Program-made: the position numbers and the translations under genes
Shown here: one piece after another, positions 28,060-41,353 of the stretch
Layout of the letters: every line of letters starts with the position of its first letter
Numbering within the stretch: position 1 is the first letter of the stretch
The notes under the pieces: model-generated
What the model saw: only the letters and a program-made list of their open reading frames with translations
The model's database searches: none
What the model was told of the DNA's origin: nothing
NCBI GenBank assembly: GCA_051530055.1
Contig: CM121343.1
Coordinates: 3,752,389-3,816,388 of the forward strand
Length of the DNA stretch: 64,000 nt
Reading direction: 5' to 3'
Source of the DNA: Neoechinorhynchus agilis
Lineage: Eukaryota; Animalia; Acanthocephala

Positions 28060-28213
28060 AATCTAAACAAAGTTTCAGACGTAGTGTCTTACGTCGGTAA
28101 TGTGGCGTCTTTTAAAGAAGAAAGGCTAGCTGTGCAGGGATGAATCAATTAACCCTATCACCCTTCTACAGACCGTTTTGAAAGAAAATCTGGATTTTCA
28201 CAATCAGTGTGAG

Positions 28214-29503
28214 TCAACTTGCGGTTTCACTCTTTGATTGAACATTAGTAACAGCATTAGCGATCGTGTTCGAGTCATCATGTTGGTATTCTATTGATAT
28301 TTCAGGTAAAGGAGGAGCTGAAGGCTCTAACACGGATGATGCGTCTTCGCCATTAATGATGTTAGGATACAATGATGCATAGCTTGGGGGCGTCGCCACA
28401 TTTGCTTCCGTCGATCGAACGGGTAATGTGTTCACATTGTTCTGACTAACAACCGATCTTGTTGAGTCCATTGAAGCTCGTATTGAAGGTGTCGTCCGGA
28501 TAGTTCCAACCGTTAGCGGGATATCAACCGAAAGTGCTCGGTTGAAGAACCCTTTTACATTGAGTTTTAAATTTATTACATAGTTTACCTTGATTGTAGT
28601 AGGCTTCATCGAAATTCCACCAGCAAAGTTAAACGAAGGTGCCATAAGCTGCGCAGGTAGAATAAAATCGACCATTTCAACGACTGGTCCCATACCCGTA
28701 TGGTTGATATCAATAATGGATTTCACCAACTCGTTTTCCTGTCGTTTTTGGTGGAATATGATATACTGATGTACGGTTAGAATGAGATTTTTATACTTTT
28801 TAAATTTATTTATTTCGTATCAGTCGTTTTGAAGCCTTTCGATCCCGCCCGCCCCCACGATTGACGAGAATTTTAGATCATTGACAAGAGGTTGTTCTAA
28901 GGTGACAGTCATCCTTACGCTTTCCCCGGGCAAGCAAAAGGGACGTATAGTTACTTTCATGACGATATAAGAAGGATTCCCGGTAGCGATAGTTCGCTCA
29001 TTGTGAGCATGTGGATCTTCTCTCACACTTGGGTGGTACAATAGAGGGCACATACCGACACGTCCGCTTCTTATAGGCAAATCGAAATGAAATGTACAAT
29101 GTCGATGAGATGATAGAAATAAAGCGTAGTTCACAATGTTGGCCCCATTGTGACTGATAGTTGGAGGCAAACTATCAGGTGCTATGATACGAAAAGTGTG
29201 CCTTCCATGTGGATCGTTCAACTGGTGGTGGATATCGTAGACATAGGCACATAGAGGTTCGTATAATATAGCACCAGTCCTAGGTTCAGGTAAAAGGACT
29301 TGCCCGACAAAATGTAAGAACCTGAGAGATTGACGTTGGGAAGAAAGGCTATCATTGTTCATTAGATGAAACGAGAATAGATTAAAAAATGGAACGTTTG
29401 TGGACTGAGGGAGGTTGATACGACCTCGAATCTCACTTCCACCATATTGAATCGGAGCTTCGAGCTGGATAATCGGGAAAGAAGTAGATCTGCCCTGTCC
29501 CAT
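28214..29503 (-). CDS. Alpha-arrestin (arrestin domain-containing protein)
   Basis: N-terminal YGGSEIRGRINL, C-terminal PSF...IKVNYVINLKL...LSVDIPLTVGTI and a PPSY motif; spliced. Confidence 0.75.
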
Positions 29504-32248
29504 TCTTGTTGTCTAAAAAATCAAAGCAGAACGGAAATGAGGTAAAGTCTTCAAGAGAAAAACACTCCAAGATTATACAGTATTTATTAGATCTACTGAC
29601 AAATGAACCCGAAGGTTACCATGTCCTGATCAGTCAAGTCTTTTCAGTCTCGAACACTTTGGTCAAATAGACTAAAAAGAAAGAGAGAAGCAATAGGATA
29701 TTGTAGTCCACCGTCCAATCAAGCGAAAAAGCCCAAGTTAGAGAACACAAACGTTCAAAATATCATATCGTAAGTCAATATTTGTATCAATATGTATGAT
29801 CACATTCGATTTATTTGTTTAGGTGTGCACAATGCGTGGGTGACAAAGAGTGTATTCTCAACTGTGACGAGTTTCTTCAAAATTAGATCACATTTGGTAC
29901 CGAACGAGAATTTCCATATTAGAGTTTATTTCTGTCGTTTAGTGTACGATATAGTCTTAAGGATGATGGCAGCTGACCGATTGTAGATTGTTGCATCTCA
30001 TTTGGGGGGAAAATGGACAGGCTCAAGAAGACGGATGCCCCTTAGGATGAGAAAACATACCTTTCGTTGACACTTAACATATCGGAAGCAATCGTGTAAA
30101 ATCATTAGACACATTACGCTGGATGCTTTTACAGAAAGCACGTCCTTAAATTGACAAAATATACGACGGTGTAGGCGAGATTTTGTTTAAATAACAAGTT
30201 CGTACCTTGTCCAACTGTCCAAAAACTCCATCATTGGGAAGGGCCTATATTGTATTTGGAGGAGAACCTGATTTCTGCGAAGCTACAAACATGAATCGCT
30301 GATATGAGCGTTTGGTGGCACGTATCACTGTAAGCGAGCGACTTGCTAAGCGCAATGTTTTGAGTCATCTCAATTGTTGCCGCCGAACTATTAGGCTGAT
30401 TGGAGGATGCATGACGTATCTTATCCACCCAAACTTTCCTTTCCTTTTCATCGAACGCTAAAATAAATCTTTGTTTTGAAGAAATATCGCAATCCAGATT
30501 TACCTTTTAAGCGAATACTTTCACCATTTAATGGCGTAACGGTAAATGATACGAGATCATCCGTGCTCAAAGAAACAGAGGAATTCTAAACGATAATTGA
30601 AGTCGTCAAACCACAAGGCTGCTGTTAAACCTCTAATCCAATTACACAGCGTGGAGGTATGTCCGGAAATACCATTTCTGTTTGATCGGGAAATCGCCGC
30701 ATGTCTTCAGGCTATAGGCAAATCGTAAAGAAATCAATAACACCTACAATTATTACCAAGTAATATTGAAGACGAGCATTAGTTTCATCAAGAATAAAAT
30801 ATCGGTTCTGCCAACCTTTCATGACATTAGTGTATTTCATTAATAAACCACTAAATCTAGACAAATTATGCGCGTTTAGATAAAAGCGTAAAATTATCGT
30901 TAAGAATTAAGCGAAAAATCGATCGAATTTCGTTTACTATTAGCTTAAAAAAAGATACTTTTATGCTGGAATGCTCCAATAGTGATAAAAATGTGATTTT
31001 TAGCGTCAGATATCATGGAGCTTTCTTCGATTGATCTAAATTACCATCGGCCTTATCTACACCGACTGTAAAGTTAAAATTGAAAAGGGTGACATAATAA
31101 TTCACTAATAGGTAATAAAACGTCTAATTACTAGTCAAAATTATCTACAGCATTTCCGATACTATATGGCAACCACTTCGGTTTGCCTCATTTGTGCTTT
31201 AGGCTTCCTACTTTAAAAAAAATAAACTTTATAGTACCAAGCACGATTTTAAAAAATTGAAGGGCTATCTTCAAGCGATGTTTACCTTTACCACAAGAAA
31301 TTCATAGACTGAGGCCTATTTTTAGTAGATGATTAATGCACTGCAATATATTTATGCATCGAAAAATCACTCAGATCCGCCTTAAATCCATACTGGCATT
31401 TTTATCTTCTAAGGATTACAAAGTTACGACATTAAAATACTAATATTTCAGCATAAAAAACATATATTCTGCAATTAAACTTCAACCATGAATTTAATTT
31501 TAAAATTTAATTGCTCATGTTTGCATCTGGCGTTAAAAAATCAAAAGGATTTATTGGTTCCGATTGATTTCGGAAGCACAATCTTATACGCGTTTATCAA
31601 GGCTGTTTAAGTGTTTTATTTGCAAACAACTTTGATAAACGCGTACAAGATTGTGTCGAAATCAATAAATTCATTTAATTTTTATGCCAGTCTTCCGACC
31701 TTTTTTGTGGATGGTATAGAAAAAAAGGCCCACATCGTCCGAAGATAGGCGAATCGAAAATCCATCGCCTATTTAGCTTTTACCCTAATGTCGAATATTT
31801 CGGTTTTAAAATAAAATTAGCCCTTTGTTAGCCTTGGTCTCCTATCACAGGTTCAGATGGAGCAAAATTTGAATAAAAAACCAGTAGCGAAAAACAACGC
31901 TTAAAATTAGATTAAATTGTGCAGCTTCCACATTGATCACGAAATTTGACCCGAATAACCGTTCAGATCGCAACACAGAATTCGTCGGTAATTATGTGGT
32001 CGAAACAGGATAATTCCGTGGGAGTTTTAAAGCACGTCCGGGTATTTCACGCAACGAACGTGTTCACGGCCAATTTCGTCTTGAACACGTAAACGTGAGT
32101 AGGATGAATTCTTCAGAAAAGTATTACGTTTTTTAAAGAACCTTAGTACAATTAAACTTCACGGCTAACGCACAAAAAAATGTTTCAATGCAGGATCACA
32201 TTCGGGTGGAAAGATATTCTTGTTTGAAGATTGAATTATTCATATAGG

Positions 32249-32935
32249 TTGTTTTCTGGCACGAAGAAATTAAAATGATTTTATTTTTAAAATCCGATTG
32301 GTTTCGTTGGCACAATCTTGTACGCCTTTTGGTCAAGGTTGTAAATTAAGTCGATTAGATTCGAATTTTAAAAATAAAATCATTTTAATTTCTTCGTGCC
32401 AAAAACAATCAAAGATATTTTTGTTGTGCGGATCAAACAGTGAGAAATATTCTCTTATTACTTAATGTTTCGTAGACAAAATCCACCTCTTGAGACCTCC
32501 AAAAACAATGTCTGAAAAGAGGTGGATTTTGTCCACGAAATATTAAGTAATAAGAGAATATTTCTCATGGTTTGATCCGCACAACAAGAATATCTTTGGT
32601 TGTTTTCTGGCACGAAGAAATTAAAATGATTTTATTTTTAAAATCCGATTGGTTTCGTTGGCACAATCTTGTACGCCTTTTGGTCAAGGTTGTAAATTAA
32701 GTCGATTAGATTCGAATTTTAAAAATAAAATCATTTTAATTTCTTCGTGCCAAAAAACAACCAAAGATATTTTTGTTTTGCGGATCAAACAGTGAGAAAA
32801 ATTCTCTTATTACTTAATGTTTCGTAGACAAAATCCACCTCTTGAGACCTCCGAAAACAATGTCTGAAAAGAGGTGGATTTTGCCCACGAAATATTAGAA
32901 TATTTCTCATGGTTTGATCCGCACTCCAAGAATAT
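32249..32935. repeat. 351-bp tandem duplication built from two different long fold-back hairpins (family C)
   Basis: TGGCACGAAGAAATTAAAATGATTTT.../...AAAATCATTTTAATTTCTTCGTGCCA starts at 32257 and 32608. Related fold-backs lie at 31527-31690, 38292-38405 and 63810-64000. Confidence 0.9.
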
Positions 32936-33806
32936 TGAAAAATGAAACTGCTCATGATTATTGTGTAGTGGCGACAAAAATTATGTAAGAAAACTTACAA
33001 GTAATCTTGGTAAAGGCACTGGATTGAATCAAAATATCGAATCAATAAATTTTTCATAATTTTTATGGCTACTACACAACAACAACAAGAATACAAAAAA
33101 AGTGACAAGACAATCCTCACATTTTGGGATCGTTTGTTGTACCAGAGTTCAGTGGCACTTTGTGATCCATCTAAAAGGATAAATAACAAAGCAAACGACA
33201 GAAAACGGATAATGATTCGGAAAGAAGAAATCTCCGTCTATTTTAAACCAGTTGCACCTACGACATACGTAATCATATTCCGAAAAGTATTTTACATCAA
33301 CAATAACTCCTTATCTCCAAAAATGTCAACAAATAAAAGACTTCAACGAATGATGACAGGAAAAAAGCTTAGATTACGTAAGCGGTGATTTCTTCCGTAG
33401 CGACTTTTGTAAATCTGATTGAAACGGTTTCCGCAATAATGATTGCGGATTTCACCGGGAAAGCTAATCGCGTTCTTACAATTTCGTTTCGGAGGACAAA
33501 TCGACATTGCCTTTTTTGCACAAATTGGAATCTTAGGTCAATTTTCTTATTGCATTTTCTCTTTGAAAAATGCGATCTTTTACGAAAAACTAAAAGTTTT
33601 TGTGCGACCCCGAGAAGCGAAAAGCATGAAGTTGATTTCTGTTACTCCATATAAAAGTTATGGATTTCTTAAGAATTTGGCCGGTGATATGTGTTTGCGT
33701 CATACTTGTCTACGTCACTGGTGATTTGGGATAGCGCTAAGTACTCGAAAATAGAGCAACACATTCTAGAATACAAAAAAATAGTACTTTGGACGATTGT
33801 TCAAGA

Positions 33807-34357
33807 ATGTCTTCAGGCAAAAGCGTGAGTTGGTCTTGGTTGTTGATTTTCATTGGTCTGTTTTAGGAGGTATTGATCGACGTCGGTTCAAGCGGTGATC
33901 ATGGAGTGACCGAAGTGGGTTCGTCTGCTGACGTGAAGAGGTTTTTTAATGACGTTTTCAAGGGCATTTCGGATTGTTGTTGTTGTTGTTAGGGTGCAGC
34001 GTCAGGTCCACGAGGTGGTCGATCAGATGCGTGCTAATGTCAGTAGTGTTCTTGACAGAGAAGAAAGTCTTAAGAATCTAAAAACTCGATCAGAGGCACT
34101 CAATGTTGGATCTGCTGAATTCAGCTCACGTTCACGCAGTGTCAATCGTCGTGCTAAATGGAAAAGTATGAAGGTATAACATTATTTTACACTGATTCAT
34201 CTCTTGTCCTCGAAACTCCTTTAGCTTAACATTATAATCGGTGCGGTTATCGTTTTACTTATTCTTTTGATTGCACGTGAGCTCCTTTGGTACCAAAAAT
34301 TATGTCTTACTCTCCCTCTGTTAAGTTGTTATCTCAGCAAGGAAAAAAAACATATAA
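33807..34357 (+). CDS. Synaptobrevin/VAMP-family R-SNARE, five short exons
   Basis: RVQRQVHEVVDQMRANVSSVLDREESL...W K and a C-terminal transmembrane segment LNIIIGAVIVLLILLIA. Introns are GT-AG. Confidence 0.88.
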
Positions 34358-34969
34358 ATAGTGGACTAGAAGGAAAAACGAACTTCTCGGACTAAAAGAA
34401 AATATACTCTAGTGAATGCAGATTGGTGTTCAAACGTCCTATTGAGATTCGAATCTAATCAGTTTTTTAAAAAAGGAGAAATGGTACTTAAATTCTCATT
34501 GAACACTGCCATGCAAAATTAAATTTTCAAATTATCTGTGAGTTTTAGAAACCGGACTGAAGAACTTCAATAACACTTTATTTTTTTAAACCATTTAAAA
34601 GTTTCCCTCAAGAATCTGTACTTTCTCAGTGTTCAAACTTTTTTTTGGATGATTAAAATCTCAGAAATCAGTCACTAGAGATCGAAATTTTTTGTTTTAT
34701 ATTCACAGTAGAAACCTTTAAAGGCGCTTTTTAATAGGTAGATTTTCAAATCATTATTTACAGCTAACTTTCTGCATTTGATTGTTCACAATTAAAACTT
34801 TTTGCTTATTATTTATATTCTTCTTCGCCTTAATTTTAAACACGGTTTTGCGAAATTTTATTAAATCCTCTTTCTTATTTTAATGTAAACATTTTTTTGA
34901 AGTCTCGTCAGCCGCTTACATTTATCCCGTGTTTAAGTGTGGAGTTTCTCACGGTCATAATTTTCCTCC

Positions 34970-35480
34970 TTGGGCACACAGCCCATCGATTCACCAGGTC
35001 AGGGAAGCGCATAAAATCACACTTAATATTCTGCTGAACCATGTGACGCGGTTGTGAATTTTGTACGAATCCCTCCCGAGGAGGCGCCTGAGAATCCGGA
35101 GGAATGTACAAACTTTTAACCATGCATTATAGACTGTTGTTATATCACTTCTCTGATGTAATTGATTTGGATTTATACCTACAACAATAAGCCGGATATA
35201 AGGGGCAAACTAAATTTAATAATGATACGAAACAAACCGGTTTGCCAGTAAAAAAACCTTCAAATAGAATACAGCGCTCACCCTGAGTCGAAAAACTGGC
35301 TGAGTTTGTACATTCCGTAGTTGTGTCGAGGTGGTCAAGTGGACTTGTTTGGGTCAAAGGGTTCGAATCCACGATCGCCAATGACGCACGACCGAAGGGG
35401 ACGAAGTACCTCGTTGAAGGCAGGAAACTCACTGATGCGTCCCGCCCCTTGGAGGTATCTGAGAATCCGGAGGAATGTAC
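34970..35480. mobile_element. SINE family B copies in inverted arrangement; 35090-35260 is duplicated at 35460-35630
   Basis: A box GTGGTCAAGTGG at 35331 and B box GGTTCGAATCC at 35360. The body matches 12361-12575. Confidence 0.8.
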
Positions 35481-35679
35481 AAACTTTTAACCGTGCATTA
35501 GAGACTGGTTATATCACTTCTCTGATGTAATTGATTTGGATTTATGCCTAAAAAATAAACCGGGTATAAGAGGAAACAAAATTTAATGATGATACGAAGC
35601 AAACCGGCTTGCCAGTAAAAACCTAAAATTAAAAATCGCAAGATGAGTACGCGATCACACTAAATGTACAAGTCATGTT

Positions 35680-38655
35680 TTAGTTAACGTGTAATTTGAA
35701 CAATTTTGAACGGTTCTGATGTTTTTTCATGTGTGAACTTTCATAAGTTTTCGGAGAAGTATGCATCGTCATGCTCAACTCTGTATTGCATAATATCGAC
35801 CATTTGCGTTGGATCATGTACGGGGATAGAATCACTGTGGGCGTTTTCCCCTTGATCGCTATCACTGATTTCATCATCAACATTTTGAGAACATTGGCTT
35901 CCGACGTAATCGCCATTTCCTTCACGAACTGGTAATCTATTTGACTCGTTTGTGCGTGGACCGGCTTCCCCGTAAATAGTGTACATGGTGCTATGGCAGT
36001 CGAATCCGTGTTGAGCTCGTTGACTTCCTCCATCCAGCATATCATGTACCACAGAATGGCCGAGAAACTCTGGTTGCCGCGGCCGAAACTTTTTACTGAT
36101 TGTACTTTGCATATCTTCAATCTGTTTGAAGCTTCTTGGCAAAAGGTATTTTCTTGTTTCCGGTAACACCAACGCTAACGAGCCAATAATCAGACTAAGA
36201 AATCCATAGATAAGACGAGACGTCCAGTCGTGAAAATTGAGCTAAATTAAATGATTATAAAATTAGGCGTTAGACGCGAATAAGAACTAACTAGTTCCGG
36301 ATCTGCGATAATGAGGCCGATTCCTCGAAATAGGAGACCGATACCAATTGACGTACACCTTTTTGAGGCAGCAATAGAGGGCTATATGGCGATAAAGGAA
36401 TCGAGATACCTTAAGCCAGTTGGGAATATTTCTGCGCACATGATGCAGGTGAGAAGATAAACTGCAAATGTCGCAACCTTCCCGAGCAAGTAAATGAGCG
36501 TAAGAGTGATTGGAGTGAATTCTTTTTCGATTTTGGCAACAATCGATGCAAGCAAACACACTTCAACGATTAAGTACGAGCAAAATATCGTCCATCGCCT
36601 ACTGAATCGATACACAAATGGTAAAATAAGGATGCCAGCCGTGATGGAAGTGGCGGCACTGTAACAAAATGCCGTATATGGGTTATTTTTCATTCTCCAT
36701 GATAATTCATGTGATTCAAGTGCACTGCATGTTAAGCCATTTAGGAGCCTGTTGAGAAAACGCTAATCAAAAAATTTGAAAAGGCGAACCACTCACCACA
36801 TGGCACAAAATATAATGAAATGGATAGCGACTACGGGTGAGTAGATATAGTCGAAAACGTAGAATTTGGTCATGGATGAAATATAGTGCTTTCCACCTAA
36901 GAAAGAGATTGCTCTTGATACAATGAAACGTTTCTTTTGTTGTCTGGATTCCATGAGTTCTGCGAAATCGACATCGGGATATTTGTGGCTTATTAGTTCT
37001 ATATCTTGTAAACGCAAAAGTGGTTGGAAATCACACTGGACTCCTTTTGTCATTTTCATTCGCTTGAAATCCTCAGCTTCTTTGAATTTAGATGCAAACT
37101 GTGAGCCGTTGAAGGTGGCGATACGAGTCAAACTTTCGATCGCCTCGATATACTGGCGTAAGGAGACGTAGTAATAAGCAGTCTCTTCAGTCCACCAATA
37201 AATGAGGACGGCGATCGTAGCAGGAGCAGCCGCTATTATATGCATTACTTTCCATGATCTGACACCATAGGCGATCCATGGAATTATTAGATCAGCAACG
37301 CAAGGACACAATAAAAGCACAAGAGCGTACGGTCCACGGCTTTTTTGAGATGTCGTTTCTAATACATAGGCGATTGCTACAGGCACAAAACCACCAACCG
37401 AAAGACCAACGAAAAACGTGAAGAAACAATAGGATACGAAATCTTCGCTTAGCATTTGAAAGAAGACCATGGCAACCGATACAAGTGAGGTGACTTAACA
37501 TTAAAAAAAAGATAACTTTGGTTTTTTAGTCGAACAACTTACTCAGTAGAGGAATTTTCCGCCCGACCTTATCAGCGATCATACCAACAGCAAAACTTCC
37601 AACGTGTTTAGATGCAATGAATCCAATCCGTGCGAACATTGCTTTGTATTCTTCGCCACATAGGAGGCCGAACTAAATCAATAGTTTGAAATTATTTTGA
37701 GATAACATTGGGAGAAAACGAACCTCCGTCAGCACACTACTGCTATCGTTCCATGATACATTAAAATCTTTATATAATTGAAGAGGGGTCAGAACACCTC
37801 CGTGTGAGAAATCCGAATCATTCAATTCTGATTCAATCGATGTATAATTATGAAGCAATGTAAGTTCATCGGAAAAGTTGTTGCCATTGCTCGATAAAAG
37901 ATCTTCAATATCTGGACGAACTTTGATGAATTCCTCAATAGCATCAACTTGAACTTTATTGGTTGTATTTATGCATTGGAGACTTTTCGGTGGAATCGCT
38001 AAGAAAATACGATAACAAAACCATATCTTTAGTGAGTTAAGAAATTCTGAAATATGGACGTAAAATATTAAAAAAAACCTATTTTACATTCTTTAATTTT
38101 TAATGCCAATTTATAAAAACGGAGTGCCGCGGATTTCTCCATATCGTAAACAAGCGGAATTCCCTCGATTTTTACAAGGAAAATTCTATTCAAAGATAAA
38201 CTAAAACAACTTCATCTAGGTCGCCTTTTTCCTTATATAAAATTGGCGAGACTCTTAGATTGAGAATTCATTAAAAAGTTGTAAAATACATTTTGGTTGT
38301 TTTCCGGCACGAAGCAATTAAAACGATCCGATTGGGTTTAATAAAATCACTTTAATTTCTTCGTGCCAGAAAAGAACCTATATGAACAATTCAATCTTCA
38401 AATAAAATACATTTTGGCGACTCACAGACTGTCGAACATTTAAAATGCGAAAAAAACCCGTGTATATTTAGTATAGCTTACCATTAAGGTGAACCAATGA
38501 AGATACCCACGATTCCGTTGAAATGAACACGACGCATAGCACGACGAACGATCGAAATTGGTATTTGCCGAATCTTTTGTTGCCGTATGTACTTCTAATG
38601 GCTTTATCAGTGTCCCAGCTTCTTCTAATTGATAACCCATCAGATTCAGCCATAC
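35680..38655 (-). CDS. SLC22/organic-cation-transporter-like MFS protein, multi-exon
   Basis: RFGKYQ N-terminus, AYVLETT...RG, IPWIAYGVRSWKVM, WWTEETAYY, YRFSRRW, CAEIFPTGLR and VLPETRKYLLP motifs. Confidence 0.85.
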
Positions 38656-39530
38656 TCGGATCTGAACATAGGAATACTTGTTGACAAATAACGAAACTAA
38701 TTGTGTACTCTAAAATCAATAGCCAGCTTCATTTATCTTTTGAGAACTCGAGTTGGGTTCTCTTTTCTTTATGCATTAACAGATAAAACGTGTTATTATT
38801 AATCAGAAATTTAGTAGATTTTAAAAGACTTTGTCGTTGCAAATTAGGCTTATGTCTTTTGGGGTTGAGACCTACGGATCTCTTGGTAGCGAGGCTCTTC
38901 AACTTCTGAAGGATCTGAAGCGACGCCTACAGGTTATAACCGAGCATCGCCGTGTTAAGAAGCAACATGGCAAGCATTCGGGCGACAATTGAGGACGACT
39001 AGGCACTTTTTTGCCGGATAAAGTTAATTGGTTTCTTTTTTTGAGTTTTCAGAGCAAAGTGGGACGTTTCTTCGTTGACTAAACCACACAATACCAGTTT
39101 CTTTTTTTGTGAGAACACTTACATAATCATGGGTGGGTTATTCACTACCCATATACACACGCTCGTGTTCAGAATTTACGGATAAAAACGCAACCCACAT
39201 CTAAAGAACGGCGACTTCCTAAGTGATTTAATCAATCCATAAACCCAAAAAAAGCCGCGTGGTGCCAACAATGACTTTTATCAAATTTATACCTATCAAA
39301 ATTTAGACTTTATGTTCATCAAACGGAGATCTTCAATATTTAACCCAATCGAACTTAAATTTAGAAATGTAAGTCGCTCTTGGTTCCTTGAATCCGAACT
39401 TATGAACTTCTTGATCGGAGATCTGGAAGAAAGATCTCCTTTGACAAGTGCGTTCCAAACATTTAGTCATTAGGTGAACTTTTGAACAAAAATGAGAATC
39501 ATCGATAGAAAGTCCTTCTGGGTAATAAAA

Positions 39531-39682
39531 TTACACTTTCGGTGAGAATAATCCCGGTCATTACATATTTTATTCGAAATATTTCGCGAGGTGTTTTTAG
39601 ATGACTGAAGAGGCGAGGATACCTCGCGAAATATTTCGAATAAAATATGTAATGACCGGGATTATTCTCACCGAAAGTGTAA
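39531..39682. repeat. Perfect 62-bp inverted repeat (28-nt spacer) of family A, containing a candidate HHR at 39594-39645 (+)
   Basis: Arms 39531-39592 and 39621-39682 are exact reverse complements. The core reads CUGAAGA-G-GCGAGG(aua)CCUCGC-GAAA-UA-UU^. Confidence 0.9.
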
Positions 39683-40206
39683 AAATGAGAATGCTACGTC
39701 ATATGTGAAATTGAACTTTCTGTATTGGTTTTAAAAAGTTTTTTACGGGTTTGAAAAGGGACCATTTCGCGGATTTTCGACTGGATATTAACGGATATTT
39801 CATTTTTTGAACAGTTACGAACTTGAAACAAATGTTTCCTCCTATTCCTTCTCTGTATTCTCATTTTTGAAGCAATTTTTAAAGATTTAAGTCTTCCAGG
39901 ATACTTTTACCCAGGTCATTATTTTACTCTAACGGTTGGAAAAGACTTAAAAGGTTTTAAATCTTTAGGTCCTTCTAAGAGTTTCTACGTGGTGCTTCTC
40001 GAATCTATGGCGTTTACGTCGAGATCGCTGCTTTCCCGGCCTTTTCCGGTACGTTTGCAGTAATGACACGCTTAAGCGAACTCTTCATCATTAGTACGCT
40101 CCATATCGTGCACTCCATTGATCCCTTTTAGTCGTCTTTGGTAAAAGACCGAGTGATGCTTCCAGATAAAACGCCGATTGTTATCTTCTTTGTTCGCCGA
40201 GTGTTG

Positions 40207-41353
40207 ATGAGCGCAATGAACGATGGTAGAAATGCACTCGTGAGTCATTTTAACGCTGGTTTGTTTTCACACTTTTCTTAGGTTACCGGCGGAAATCGCG
40301 GAATCGGCAATGCAATCGTCCGGAGATTGATAAAACAGTTCAAAGGAACCATATATTTGACCGGTTTGCCATATCCATACTCTTTTCTTTTAAAAAGAAC
40401 AATTCAGCGAGGAACAAAGACAGAGCCGAGGATGCTGCCCATTCAATCAATCGTGAATTTAAAACAAGGAATGTTACTGGACTCGAACTAGATTTGTCCA
40501 AATACGACAGTATCGATCAACTGGTCGCATTTTTTCAATTAAAAAATATCCGATTCGATATTATTATCCATAACGCTTCGATGGCCTATAAGGTAATTAT
40601 TTGAAACATAATGTTCAATTTGAAAACACTAATTAGGTCAAAGACCCAACACCATTCGTGAAGCAAGTAGACGATACCTTAAAAGCCAACTACTTCGGAA
40701 CTTTACGACTCTGCATGCGGCTTGATCAAGTTATTAAAATTCATGCGAGGTTTATGTTTTTTTTCGTTCCTTGGCTATTATATATACAGTTGTAATTTTT
40801 CTTAGGATTGTAATTCTCTCCAGTAGAGCTGGACTTTACCACATCATCACAAATCGAGACCTAAGAATGAAATGTTCGAAAACAGCTATTAACTCAATCG
40901 ATGATGTTAACGATTTTATCAATATGTTCATTGAAGCTTCACGAATTGGAAACTGTGAGGAGCTGGGTTTCCCCAAAAGCGCTTATGCCATATCAAAACT
41001 TGGTCTTACTATGGCAACTTTTGCGCTCCAAAAGAAATATGACCGAAATCCGGAATCGGATGTTATAATCAATGCGGTTCGTTTTTTCTACTTGCTCTTA
41101 AACCATCACGTGAATGATCGTCTTTTTATTTTGTGTAGTGTTGTCCCGGTTATGTTAGAACTGAAATGAGTAGCTTTAAAGGAAATCTCAGCCCCGAAGA
41201 GGGTGAGGCCATCTTTACATTTAGAACAATCTAATATATCGAATAATCGTCGTAGGATCTGATACGCCCGTCTATTTGGCGTTATTACCTGATAACTCTC
41301 TCGGCCCGAAAGGACAGTTCGTTTGCGAGCGAAAGATTGTTGAGTGGTGCTGA
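40207..41353 (+). CDS. Carbonyl reductase (CBR1-type short-chain dehydrogenase), multi-exon
   Basis: ALVTGGNRGIG, AYAISKLG (YxxxK), INA|CCPGYVRTEM and GSDTPVYLALLP...KGQFV...IVEW. Confidence 0.9.
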
